Assembly: GCA_048884965.1 (NCBI GenBank)
Contig: JBHLQH010000002.1
Location: 134,935 to 198,934, forward strand
Source: Candidatus Thorarchaeota archaeon
Lineage (GTDB): Archaea; Asgardarchaeota; Thorarchaeia; Thorarchaeales; Thorarchaeaceae
DNA: 64,000 nt
Direction: 5' to 3'
How positions within the stretch are numbered: position 1 is the first letter of the stretch; every line of letters begins with the position of its first letter. The translations under genes were made by a program, and so were the position numbers. The notes below the pieces were generated by a model that saw nothing but the letters and a program-made list of their open reading frames with translations, did no database searches and was not told the DNA's origin. Below are positions 50,344-60,294 of this stretch, in pieces.

Positions 50344-51519
50344 ATGGTATGGTGGTTCTTTGTACCGAAGATGGTCTTCGGAGAGGATGCTCTAAGTGAA
50401 CTGGAATTGGTGAAAGGAGAGAAAGGTATCATCATCACTGACGAAGTGATTGACGGATTTGGATTCCCAGAGAAGGTACGGAAGATCCTTGAGGGAAATG
50501 GATGGCAAGTTAAGGTATGGAAGGATGCTGAGCCAGATCCAAGAGTAGCAGTGGTAAAGAGTGCGGCTAAAGCGATGCAGGAGTTCGAGGCTGACACGAT
50601 TATCGCGATAGGAGGAGGAAGTGTTATGGATACTGCGAAGGCCGCATGGGTTTTGTATGCAAAGCCTGAGATGAGTCTTGAGGCACTCTCGCCCTTCGAC
50701 ACTCTAGGACTTAAGGAGAAAGCCTCCTTGATTTGTATACCAACCACCGCCGGTACTGGGTCAGAAGCTACTCGGGCTATCGTCGTGAGAGAGGATGAGT
50801 CTGGAAGGAAGTTCGCAACTACCAATCCAGAGCTAATGGCTGATATGGCAATCCTAGAGCCAACCTTTGTGAAGGATTTACCAATGATATTGACTGCGAA
50901 TACCGGGCTCGATGCGCTAACGCATGCGGTTGAAGGGTATACATCTGTATGGAAGAATGATTTCTCTGATGCTGTCACGATGAAGGCTGTACAGATAGTG
51001 TTCGAATGGTTGCCAAAATCAATGGAGAACCTGAATGATTTAGAGGCTAGGGAGAAGATGCTAGTGGCAGCAGCCCTCGCAGGAATGTCGTTTAGCAACT
51101 CGCAGGTCTGTCTTGCTCATTCATTGGGGCACAGCTTGGGCTCAGTCCTTCGTGTACAACACGGTATGGCGGTTGGGATGGCTCTACCATACACAATTGA
51201 GTTCATTGCACATGATAACCCTGATAGTGCAAAGCACTACTGGGAACTGGGCAGATTGATAGGAATAGATGAGAGGGATCATGCCAAGGCGGCAAGATTA
51301 TTCGCAAAGAAGATTCGCGAGTTGCAAGACCAAGTTGGATTCCCAAGAAGCTTGAAGGCAGCTGGAATCAAGAAGGAGGCATTTGATAATGGTCTCGAAA
51401 CCCTTGTGGACTTCGCCATGATGGACTCTAGTATCACGATGACTCCCAGATCAATTGAGGCTGCTGAGATCAAGAAGATCTATGAATACATGTATGAAGG
51501 AAAGGAAATCGACTTTTAG
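50344..51519 (+). CDS. Iron-containing alcohol dehydrogenase
   Basis: 'AIGGGSVMDTAK', 'IPTTAGTGSE', 'DALTHAVE', 'AHSLGH', 'HG'; track start 50311. Confidence 0.95.
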   Translation: MVWWFFVPKMVFGEDALSELELVKGEKGIIITDEVIDGFGFPEKVRKILEGNGWQVKVWKDAEPDPRVAVVKSAAKAMQEFEADTIIAIGGGSVMDTAKAAWVLYAKPEMSLEALSPFDTLGLKEKASLICIPTTAGTGSEATRAIVVREDESGRKFATTNPELMADMAILEPTFVKDLPMILTANTGLDALTHAVEGYTSVWKNDFSDAVTMKAVQIVFEWLPKSMENLNDLEAREKMLVAAALAGMSFSNSQVCLAHSLGHSLGSVLRVQHGMAVGMALPYTIEFIAHDNPDSAKHYWELGRLIGIDERDHAKAARLFAKKIRELQDQVGFPRSLKAAGIKKEAFDNGLETLVDFAMMDSSITMTPRSIEAAEIKKIYEYMYEGKEIDF

Positions 51520-53355
51520 GTGGGAGCACTGATGGTTGTAGGATACAGAGGGAAGCTCTTGAAGGTGAACCTTACTTCAGGAGAGATAGGTGAGGAATCA
51601 ATAGAGGAGAGCTACCTGCGGCTGTTTCTCGGAGGAGCAGGACTGGCTACACGATTGCTGTACGACATGGTGGACGGGAAAACAGAGCCCTTGGGTCCGG
51701 ACAATCCGTTACTCATCATGACAGGTCCATTCACAGGCACCATGGTCCCGACAGGTAGCAAGACCACCTTCTGCGCAAGATCGCCATATACAGGGATACT
51801 AGGCTATAGTACTGTGGGAGGCCACTTTGGCGCAGATCTCAGATTCGCAGGATATGATGGTATCCACTTTCAGGGACAGTCTCCAGCACCTAAGTATCTC
51901 CTTATCGAAGATGAGAAGGTTCAACTTGTCGATGCGAATCATCTCTGGGGAAAAGATACGGAAGAAACTTGGGATATTCTGAAGGAAGAAACAGGCCACA
52001 AGCTTGCAGGGATTGCACGAATCGGGATTGCTGGAGAGAATCTTGTAAAATATGCCAGTGTCATTGTAGACTACCATCGTGCTGCAGGTCGTACTGGTGT
52101 GGGTGCAGTGATGGGTTCAAAGAAGCTAAAGGCAATCGTTGTGAAAGGAACTGATAGAAAGATTCCAGCTCATGATTCCGAAACATTGACAACCTACTCC
52201 AATGAGCTCAAAGAGGACTATATCGAAGACCCATCTGTTCGAATGTACTCGGATCTCGGCACGGCAGGATTTGTCGATATGGCAAGTCTCATGTACGGAT
52301 CGCTTCCCGCAGGCTATTACACGGTCTCTGATTTCGACTCATACAACCTTAGTGGGACGACAGTCAGAGAAACAATCTTGGTAGGAAAGAAAGCTTGCTT
52401 CCGTTGTCCCATCGGATGCGGGAGAGTGGTCGAGGTAAAAGAGGGAAAATATGCTTCTGAACCTTTCAAGGGACCTGAGCTTGAAGTGACTGGCACAATG
52501 GGTACACTGATTCTAAACAATGACTTAGAGGCTTTACAGCATCTTACAAAGAAGCTCGATCTCGTAGGCTTCGATACGATCTCAGGTGGCAATACGATAG
52601 CATTCGTCTACTATCTCTACAGCGAAGGAATCATCTCATCATCAGAACTAGATGGTATCGCTCCAAAATGGGGAGATGTAGAGGCAGCGAGTACGTTGAT
52701 TGACAAGATTGCCACACGAGAGGGTATCGGCGACCTTCTAGCAGAAGGGACCGTAGCTGTTGGAAAGCAGTTCAATGTTGAGCATCTTGCAGTTCAAACA
52801 CACGGCATGGAATTCCCACAGCATGATCCACGGGGCTTCTCGGGACTTGCCGTTGGATATGCGACATCTCCTCGCGGAGCATGTCATATGGCAGCGGACA
52901 TGTATAATGTCCAGATGGGACAGACAAACGAGGACATGGAGATTGAGAGCGTCGACCGATTCGCGGATGAGGCTGTGATTGTCGCGAAGCACCAGAATTT
53001 CAGGTGCATAACGAATTCGGTCGGCATATGCAATTTCGTCCCAATTAAGGGAGGAGAGATGGCTCGGCTCCTCAAGCTAGTTACTGGGTGGGACTATTCA
53101 GTTGAGGAACTAAAGACGACAGGTGAGAGGATATTCACACTCATGAGAATGCTGAACCTGAAATTGGGGTATGATGTCAGGAACGAGAGGCTACCTGAAT
53201 TGATACAACGCCCACTCGAAGGTGCCACAGAGGAACATGTGCCGAATCTAGAGGAGCAGCTTGATACATGGTACAAGTTCAGAGGTTGGGATAGACAAAC
53301 TGGAAGACCACCAAAGGAGATCCTTGAGAGGTTAGGACTAGGCGATCTTCAATAG
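51520..53355 (+). CDS. Aldehyde:ferredoxin oxidoreductase (tungsten-pterin AOR family)
   Basis: 'AAGRTGVGAVMGSKKLKA', 'CFRCPIGC', 'DTIS', 'HDPRG', 'RGACH'; ATG 51532 is a possible start. Confidence 0.95.
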   Translation: MGALMVVGYRGKLLKVNLTSGEIGEESIEESYLRLFLGGAGLATRLLYDMVDGKTEPLGPDNPLLIMTGPFTGTMVPTGSKTTFCARSPYTGILGYSTVGGHFGADLRFAGYDGIHFQGQSPAPKYLLIEDEKVQLVDANHLWGKDTEETWDILKEETGHKLAGIARIGIAGENLVKYASVIVDYHRAAGRTGVGAVMGSKKLKAIVVKGTDRKIPAHDSETLTTYSNELKEDYIEDPSVRMYSDLGTAGFVDMASLMYGSLPAGYYTVSDFDSYNLSGTTVRETILVGKKACFRCPIGCGRVVEVKEGKYASEPFKGPELEVTGTMGTLILNNDLEALQHLTKKLDLVGFDTISGGNTIAFVYYLYSEGIISSSELDGIAPKWGDVEAASTLIDKIATREGIGDLLAEGTVAVGKQFNVEHLAVQTHGMEFPQHDPRGFSGLAVGYATSPRGACHMAADMYNVQMGQTNEDMEIESVDRFADEAVIVAKHQNFRCITNSVGICNFVPIKGGEMARLLKLVTGWDYSVEELKTTGERIFTLMRMLNLKLGYDVRNERLPELIQRPLEGATEEHVPNLEEQLDTWYKFRGWDRQTGRPPKEILERLGLGDLQ

Positions 53356-53358
53356 ACC

Positions 53359-54855
53359 TTAGAAAGTAGGAAGATCACGAATGATTTCCTTGAGAAGATT
53401 ATAGAGGATTCCAACATCAGCTATCTTCAACTTCTCGTCGGGCGAATGAGGATTCTTCAGAGAGGGACCGATAGAGACCATCTTCAGACCAGGAATCCCT
53501 GCTCCAAGAATACCACACTCAAGACCAGCATGGATCGCTTCGACCTTTACTGTTGACCCTAGCATCTGCTCGTATTTCTCCTTGATGAACTTCAGGAACT
53601 TACTAGTTGGATCCGGAGCCCAGCCAGGATATGCAGGACTTTGCTCAACTTCCCATCCATAAGACTCTCCAATGTATCGAATTTCCCTTCGCTTAACCTC
53701 AAGTTCAGAATCTAGATTGCTACGTGTTGACATCTGTAGTCGGATACCCTCTTCAGTTGTGGTTATCACAGCAACGTTGTTTGATGTTTCAACAAGCCCT
53801 GCTACCGCAGGAGAGAACTTCAATGCGCCATGGGGTAGAATATGGAATGTTCGAATGATCTTGCTTGATTCTTCTGAGTTGAACGAATGATTTGCTGTGC
53901 TCTTGCTCCAATTGATGGTCAAATCTGGTTCGATTGGCATTTCTCCACCGAGATAATATGACTCAATGTCATTCTTCTTGGCACTTAGTATCTCATGAGC
54001 TTTGTTCAGGTTGTCAGAATGAATTCCAAATGTTACTGATGAGGATCTTGGGATAGCATTTCTCTTCCCACCACCATTCCACTCTGCTATGAGAATGGGC
54101 ATCTCATCCAGAAGCGATGATAGCAATCTCGCTGCGACTTTATTCGCATTCCCACGAGGAAGGTGGATGTCAACCCCTGAGTGCCCTCCAAGGAATCCAT
54201 CCACCGAGAGAGTGAAGAACTTGAAATCAGAGGGAGAAGGCACCTTAGTAAGGGACTTTGAGAAAACAGTATCGCCGCCGCCAGCAGAGCCTATCGTTAT
54301 TACTCCTAGATCTTCGGAATCGATATTGATGAGCATCTTGCTTTCAATACCCATTTGTGCTGGATCTAGTGCAAAGGCCCCCGTCAATCCAGTTTCCTCA
54401 TCCACAGTAGCTAGAACCTCGATAGGACCGTGAGCAACCTCAGGGTCAAGCAGTAATGCAAACGCCAATGACATGCCAATCCCATTGTCTGCACCGAGGG
54501 TCGTTTCATCAGCATCGACCCACTCGCCGTTATCTTGAATTTGAACAGGTATTGGATCTGTATCGAAGTTAAAGCCATCTTTCCTATCAGTTTCACAGAC
54601 CATGTCAAGATGTCCTTGAAGGAGAATACTTGGTTTAGAGTCCATACCAGCTGTAGCCGATTTCTTCACAAGGATGTTCCCTGCGCTATCCTCTTTTATT
54701 GACAGTTCGATATTCCTGATCCCAGCTTCATGGCTAAGAAAGTCCTTCAATACTCGACGAATCCTCTCTTCCTTCTTCGAACAACGAGGCGTCTTCGTGA
54801 ATACATTCTCAAATATAGCCCAAACGAGTTTTGGCTCAAGATGCTCTAGCACCAT
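53359..54855 (-). CDS. pepD: Aminoacyl-histidine (Xaa-His) dipeptidase, M20C
   Basis: 'LQGHLDMV', 'TTLGADNGIG', 'DEETG', 'NIDSED', 'GGHSG', 'IHAGLECG', 'HSPDE'. Confidence 0.93.
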   Translation of the reverse strand: MVLEHLEPKLVWAIFENVFTKTPRCSKKEERIRRVLKDFLSHEAGIRNIELSIKEDSAGNILVKKSATAGMDSKPSILLQGHLDMVCETDRKDGFNFDTDPIPVQIQDNGEWVDADETTLGADNGIGMSLAFALLLDPEVAHGPIEVLATVDEETGLTGAFALDPAQMGIESKMLINIDSEDLGVITIGSAGGGDTVFSKSLTKVPSPSDFKFFTLSVDGFLGGHSGVDIHLPRGNANKVAARLLSSLLDEMPILIAEWNGGGKRNAIPRSSSVTFGIHSDNLNKAHEILSAKKNDIESYYLGGEMPIEPDLTINWSKSTANHSFNSEESSKIIRTFHILPHGALKFSPAVAGLVETSNNVAVITTTEEGIRLQMSTRSNLDSELEVKRREIRYIGESYGWEVEQSPAYPGWAPDPTSKFLKFIKEKYEQMLGSTVKVEAIHAGLECGILGAGIPGLKMVSIGPSLKNPHSPDEKLKIADVGILYNLLKEIIRDLPTF

Positions 54856-54959
54856 AGTGGGAACCTCAGAAGGTCAAGAATAGAGTCCGTCTATAAGCGT
54901 TTGTTATTAGACACTATGAACTGGGAATACATTTTTCATTAGGCGATGCATTCTGTTTA

Positions 54960-55865
54960 ATGCATTCGCGTGTTTTAGAGGTGTTCATGATGTTCTTTGA
55001 CCCAAACATCACCTTAGTATTTCGAGATTTGCTCCCTTGGGCAGGAGAATTGTTTCGAGTCATCACTGAACTAGGTTCAGAATATTTCTACATAGGACTG
55101 ATACTAGTAGGATTCTGGACATTCAAGAAACGAGAATCAATCATCCTTGCCATAGTATTGTTGATTGGATTTGTGTCCAATTACATACTAAAGACGATGA
55201 TAGCCAATCCTAGACCAGATCCATCATATTGGTACCCTGGTGTAGAGGAAGTGAACTATTCAACTCCGAGTAATCATGCTCAACTTGCTGCTACATTGTA
55301 CTCCTGGTTCTCACTTAAGATACGAACTTGGTGGATGCTCTTGATTTCAATTATCCTTCCATTCCTGATTGGAATCTCCAGAATATACCTTGGAGTGCAC
55401 TATTTAGAAGATGTGATTCTAGGCTGGGCGGTGGGGATTGGAGTGGCTATCCTTCTATTCTATCTTCAGGAACCATTGGCAAATCAATTCACGAAATACA
55501 AAGAGGAGTATCTTTACACAAGTATGTTCTTTCTTGGATTGATTCTTACAATTCTCCTGACATATGTATTCTTGCCACCTTCTGATGATAACTTTGGTTC
55601 CACTGGCGGCTTGATAATGGGAGCGGCAGTAGGCCTCTATCTTGAAAAGCGGTATGTTAACTTTGATGTCGAACCCAATAGTGGACAAAAGTGGAGATTG
55701 GTTCTTCGAGCGCTATTAGGGCTAATTTTTGTGGTGTTGCTGCTTTTTGGATTGGGACCATTGCTGCCTTCTGAAGAAATCTGGCTTAGAACGCTGCGAT
55801 ATACAATAGTGGTCATTTTTGGTGTATTCCTCTGGCCTCTTATATTCAAGAAAATAGGTCTCTAA
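54960..55865 (+). CDS. PAP2 family membrane phosphatase
   Basis: C1 'K.....PRP', C2 'PSNH', C3 'SRIYLGVHY..D'; true start may be ~54988. Confidence 0.92.
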   Translation: MHSRVLEVFMMFFDPNITLVFRDLLPWAGELFRVITELGSEYFYIGLILVGFWTFKKRESIILAIVLLIGFVSNYILKTMIANPRPDPSYWYPGVEEVNYSTPSNHAQLAATLYSWFSLKIRTWWMLLISIILPFLIGISRIYLGVHYLEDVILGWAVGIGVAILLFYLQEPLANQFTKYKEEYLYTSMFFLGLILTILLTYVFLPPSDDNFGSTGGLIMGAAVGLYLEKRYVNFDVEPNSGQKWRLVLRALLGLIFVVLLLFGLGPLLPSEEIWLRTLRYTIVVIFGVFLWPLIFKKIGL

Positions 55866-55895
55866 GGAACGTGGGGGACTTATCCCTCACATTCC
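55866..55895. terminator. Possible bidirectional hairpin at a convergent junction
   Basis: GGAACGTGGGGGA / TCCCTCACATTCC imperfect stem, with T tracts on both strands. Confidence 0.45.
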
Positions 55896-56888
55896 AATCT
55901 TTTTGAATTCCTTTGTTACTAAATCCCATATTAGTTCAGGATTCTCGCACGCAATGGTTGTTCCTTGATTTGCCAAATAGCTCCATGCAAAGATTGAGTC
56001 AACATCCAATGCAACAAATGCAGGCACCAAGGATGCAATCTCTTCCTCTTCACCCTTGGATACCTTAAACATTTGAATCCATAGCTGGCTCTTCTTGTTG
56101 AACTCCTTCGCGACCTTGACTGTTCTTGTAGCTGCCTCTAACGCCCATTTGCGATCCCTTCCAAAGACATGATAATAGGGGTCAGTTGAGAAGACATCGA
56201 CCTGAGGAATAGAAGCAATACGTTCCCAATCGGGGGTTCCAAAGCCAACAAGATCCAAAGGGATGATACAGACTGTAATCTCAGTTTGAGGTCTTGCATC
56301 TTTGATTGTTCTGCAACAATCTAGAAGGAAATCATGCATAGAATCCTTGCGAAATTCCTTAACCGGAGTAGAATACTCCTTTGGCATCGAAGTTCCATAT
56401 ATCTCTGAATATTTCGATTGACATACCTCGCAGGTACAAGTGTATTCACTCTCGTCAAAAAGGGGAAAATAATGGGGCTCATCTAAGAAGACACCATCTG
56501 GTGAGGCATCGTGTACTAGATTTCTTATATTCTCGAAAAGGTACTCTCTGAACTCCACTCGGTTGATACATGCGCCAGGTACTGATTCCATTGATTCAGC
56601 GGTGATTTGACGATATCTGTGATTCTGGTGAAGGAACATGGAGGGAGGCTCGCCACCAAAAACGCCACCAAATGCCCAGAAGTTCACAATCGCCTTAAGA
56701 CCAACATCTTTCGCAGTTTCGATAATCTCGATAAGATTGGGATACCAATAGTTCAAGTCATCTTCTGATGCCGCTATCACTACTGCATTACAGTTGTTCT
56801 TCAGCATATCCTCAAAATCAGATCGAGCGTGTTTCGGTTGTTTTGAATGATGCCATGCAAATCCTAGTTCCACTTTTGCTCCACTCAT
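55887..56888 (-). CDS. TIM-barrel glycoside hydrolase-like protein (clan GH-A/GH42-like)
   Basis: 'DGVFLDEPHY', 'CTCEVC' Zn-cluster-like motif, 'STDPYY', 'LWIQ'. Confidence 0.6.
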   Translation of the reverse strand: MSGAKVELGFAWHHSKQPKHARSDFEDMLKNNCNAVVIAASEDDLNYWYPNLIEIIETAKDVGLKAIVNFWAFGGVFGGEPPSMFLHQNHRYRQITAESMESVPGACINRVEFREYLFENIRNLVHDASPDGVFLDEPHYFPLFDESEYTCTCEVCQSKYSEIYGTSMPKEYSTPVKEFRKDSMHDFLLDCCRTIKDARPQTEITVCIIPLDLVGFGTPDWERIASIPQVDVFSTDPYYHVFGRDRKWALEAATRTVKVAKEFNKKSQLWIQMFKVSKGEEEEIASLVPAFVALDVDSIFAWSYLANQGTTIACENPELIWDLVTKEFKKIGM

Positions 56889-56982
56889 ATTTCAGGGTGC
56901 AAAACTAGCACAAGTATCGTTCGTTTTTGGTTTCACGACAGATTCAATAGTCACGCAGCAGAGGGAAGAATGGTGATTTCGC

Positions 56983-57702
56983 TTGGTTGAGAAGTATAGT
57001 ACTCCGCTAACTAGTCCGATGTATCCAAAGCCACCCTACCATTACAAAGACGCAGAGCTCTTTCTATCATTATTCTACCCTCCAGAGGAAACAATTGAGG
57101 CACTCCTACCGGTACCGCTCAGACCATCACAGATGCCTCTTGCGGCTCTTATGATCGGTAAGATGCCCTGTGTTGAGGCGGGAACATTCACAGAGGCAGG
57201 ATTGCTGGTTCAATGCATGTTTGACAACCCAGAATCAGGAGAAGAAGAAGTAGGAGTATATTTCTCACATAATTATGTAGATACAGATGTCGCACTCGTA
57301 TCAGGACGAGAAATCTGGGGATACCCTAGGAAGCTTGCCTCAATCACTATGGATTGGAAAGGGGATATACTCACTGCAAAAGTGGTACGAGATAATATCA
57401 CCATACTAAAGGCCATATGCGAGTTCAATGATGAAGGTGCTTGGATTGATAGCGGACCAAACATAAACTTGAAACTAATACCCAACATCACGGGGGAGAA
57501 TTTCGATATTGCTGTCCTCACTGCCGCATATCTGGAGTACGATGTGAAGAATGGAAGATCAGGCGATGTCGAAATCGAGATTCAAAGTGGACCAAGAGAT
57601 AATTTTGATGTGGTCAAGATAGAAAGCACCATGATTGGATTATACTTTGACTGCGATATCAGACTTCCAGAAGGAAAAGCTATCACACAGTTTGAGGTCT
57701 AA
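56983..57702 (+). CDS. Acetoacetate decarboxylase family protein
   Basis: 'SPMYPKPPYHY', 'LLPVPL', 'GREIWGYPRK', 'NLKLIP'; TTG start after GGTGA. Confidence 0.88.
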   Translation: MVEKYSTPLTSPMYPKPPYHYKDAELFLSLFYPPEETIEALLPVPLRPSQMPLAALMIGKMPCVEAGTFTEAGLLVQCMFDNPESGEEEVGVYFSHNYVDTDVALVSGREIWGYPRKLASITMDWKGDILTAKVVRDNITILKAICEFNDEGAWIDSGPNINLKLIPNITGENFDIAVLTAAYLEYDVKNGRSGDVEIEIQSGPRDNFDVVKIESTMIGLYFDCDIRLPEGKAITQFEV

Positions 57703-59414
57703 AGGTACTTTGTAGCCTCAATCTGTGCGAGCTTGATTCCCGCACTACGAGAATAGTTCCGATAGATGATGTAGCAGACTGCCATGAATGCAGGTGCAGC
57801 AAGGTATGAGAGGAGGGGATTGAGGAAGATACCTACCAAGAGCACAGCAAATACACCAGCAAATCCAAGAATCATCGGTAGAAATTGTGCCCGTAGTATC
57901 GACCAGCCAGTGATGGGCATTCGTACTGCAGATCCTCGTTGTCTAGTGATATTTCGTTCTGCCTTAAAGTCACCTCCCATGGCAGCAGCGTTCGCAGCTA
58001 CAGCTCCTGATGCTAGGGTCAGAAAGATTATCGATGCCACCATTGCAGGTAGATAGATGACCAAATCAGGAGAGATGATAGCGATAATGACTGACATTAC
58101 GATACTGGCAGCTAGACTGAATGGAACAGCACTAAGAGCCTTGCCTTTGACATAGTCCTGCATGTTGGTCGCCGCTAGTTGTAGCGTCATCAGGTTCTTT
58201 CCTTCATATACAGTTTCATAGCCAGCAAAGAATAGTCCATAGGATGTTGCAAAAGGGATGAGGGCGGCAACGATGAAGTAGCTTGTAAATCCAAAAGCTT
58301 CCTCTCCAGCAATGAACACCGGTAGGATAAGCCAGATGATGTATCGAATCGGACCAATGAGATACTGAGTGAATACACGCGCTTCTCGTCTAATGGATGC
58401 GATGTTATACCATAGGGATACACTGACAGTATTGTTGAACGTGAGCCATTTGAAGGGTTGAGGATCCCATCTTCGTTCACCTATCTTCACCTCGACCTTA
58501 GAGGACCGCTTTGATCCGCTTGCCATCCATCCACTATAGTGTGCTTCCTCACTAACCAACGCAGTGGCATAGACAAGAGAAAAGGCAATTGCTGCATAAA
58601 TGAGTGGAACGATCACATCGAAGAAAGTGAATGGAGCACCAATCAGGGTGCCGAGGGTCAGCACACTTACTGCGTATCCAGGGGTGAGATTTGATGAGAG
58701 ACCAAGCATGTTAGCAATCTCGAAGAAGAATCCAAAGATTTCTCCAGATTGGTCGGTATAAATCGAGATGTACCAGAAAGTGCCTGCAAGGATGCCAAGG
58801 CTTGACATGATAGCATATCCAACCTGCTTCAGCATTCTACGTCCAGCAAGAATTCTAGAGAATATGAGCCCCAGTAGCCCACCAAGTGAAACGCCTAGAG
58901 CGACTAAAATCAACATGAGAATGAGAAAGAGCGGAGCAGATAGAAACGCGAATGGATAAGGCGAAACAATGCTGAATCCGATGAATATCGGTGTACCTAT
59001 GACGAGCCAAATAATCGAGTTATAGAGGATGATGATAATTGTCTTCTCCAAGAAGAGGGTTCTCAAGGCGATTGGCATTGTCATCAGGTATTCCATACGT
59101 TCGCTATTTCCAACGGTCGTAGCAGAAACCATTATTGATCCAAGAAAACCAAACAGCATGAGTGCATTGAAGATGGTAGCACCCAATCCTAGCCCACCTT
59201 CTGCTTGAAGTACCTCTTCTACGAATGGCCAAATAATAGGTCCAAGAATGACAATAGCCCAAATGATTGCTACAGCTACAATTACTCCTGCAATGGGACC
59301 GATGAGTCTCCGAATGATGTGTTTTTGCTCGGTTCTTTTTCCCTTTCCGCCCCGTAATCGAAATGTCTGAGATAAGTCCTGCCGAAGAAGGACAAGAAGA
59401 TCATTCATACTCAA
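57699..59414 (-). CDS. ABC exporter permease (duplicated ABC-2-like, ~12-14 TM)
   Basis: 'EYLMTMPI...LFLEK' and 'EGKNLMTLQ...VKGK' repeats; overlaps its ATPase gene. Confidence 0.85.
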   Translation of the reverse strand: MSMNDLLVLLRQDLSQTFRLRGGKGKRTEQKHIIRRLIGPIAGVIVAVAIIWAIVILGPIIWPFVEEVLQAEGGLGLGATIFNALMLFGFLGSIMVSATTVGNSERMEYLMTMPIALRTLFLEKTIIIILYNSIIWLVIGTPIFIGFSIVSPYPFAFLSAPLFLILMLILVALGVSLGGLLGLIFSRILAGRRMLKQVGYAIMSSLGILAGTFWYISIYTDQSGEIFGFFFEIANMLGLSSNLTPGYAVSVLTLGTLIGAPFTFFDVIVPLIYAAIAFSLVYATALVSEEAHYSGWMASGSKRSSKVEVKIGERRWDPQPFKWLTFNNTVSVSLWYNIASIRREARVFTQYLIGPIRYIIWLILPVFIAGEEAFGFTSYFIVAALIPFATSYGLFFAGYETVYEGKNLMTLQLAATNMQDYVKGKALSAVPFSLAASIVMSVIIAIISPDLVIYLPAMVASIIFLTLASGAVAANAAAMGGDFKAERNITRQRGSAVRMPITGWSILRAQFLPMILGFAGVFAVLLVGIFLNPLLSYLAAPAFMAVCYIIYRNYSRSAGIKLAQIEATKYL

Positions 59415-60184
59415 TTTGAAGCACCTGTGTCCTCCAGAAACTTAGCGATAAGTTGCATGTCAGGCCCGCCGGTCAAATCAAGGAATATATCCTCGAGACT
59501 TGCGTGTCCCTTTGCCTTTTGTCTCAGTTCTACCATCGTTCCTTCAGCAATCAGATTGCCATCATTGATGATACCAATTCTGTCGCACATCTGCTCAGCA
59601 ATCTCTAATACATGGGTAGACATGAGAATCGTAGCTCCGCGGCTACGAAGACCATTGAGAATCTCTTTGATTGTAGCGGCTCCACGGGGATCAATCCCAG
59701 CTTGCACCTCATCGAGGATTAAGACCTTTGGATTGTGAATTAGCGCTGCAACCAGACCGATCTTCCTAGACATACCCTTTGAATAGGTTTCGATCAAGTC
59801 GTCACTAGCATCCCTGATGTCAAGAAGTGTCAGCAGCTCTTCTATGTCCTCCTCGCGTGCACTACCTCGTGGAATCTTCCAAATATCAGCAACATAGTTT
59901 ACATATTCCCAACCTGTTAGACGCTCAGGAAGGACAGGCTCTTCTGGCACGTATCCCATCACTCTCTTTGCATCAACGATGTTTGTACGAATATCATTGC
60001 CCATTATACGAGCAGAACCCTCCGTGGGTCGAAGCAGACCTAGAAGCATCCTCATGGTTGTTGACTTGCCAGAGCCATTGGGACCAAGGAGACCATAGAT
60101 CTCTCCAGATTTCACTGTGAAGGAGAGTTCATTTACTGCAGTAAAGTCACTGAATTTCTTAACCAGTCCAAGAGCCTCAATCAT
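59411..60184 (-). CDS. ABC transporter ATP-binding protein
   Basis: GPNGSGKST, YSKGM, LILDE, STH. Confidence 0.96.
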   Translation of the reverse strand: MIEALGLVKKFSDFTAVNELSFTVKSGEIYGLLGPNGSGKSTTMRMLLGLLRPTEGSARIMGNDIRTNIVDAKRVMGYVPEEPVLPERLTGWEYVNYVADIWKIPRGSAREEDIEELLTLLDIRDASDDLIETYSKGMSRKIGLVAALIHNPKVLILDEVQAGIDPRGAATIKEILNGLRSRGATILMSTHVLEIAEQMCDRIGIINDGNLIAEGTMVELRQKAKGHASLEDIFLDLTGGPDMQLIAKFLEDTGASN

Positions 60185-60294
60185 CGATGTTCATCTTCGG
60201 GTAAAAGTGAGAGGATTTAATCGTTAGCTTTAGTGCGTGAATGTAATAATAGCAAAGCGAAAGTAATTAAAACAGACCAAAAGCCCAAGAAACC

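Noticed and set aside
26116-55895. 3' hairpins as SECIS elements
   Set aside because: No upstream gene shows an in-frame TGA at a catalytic Cys position or a readthrough-extendable frame
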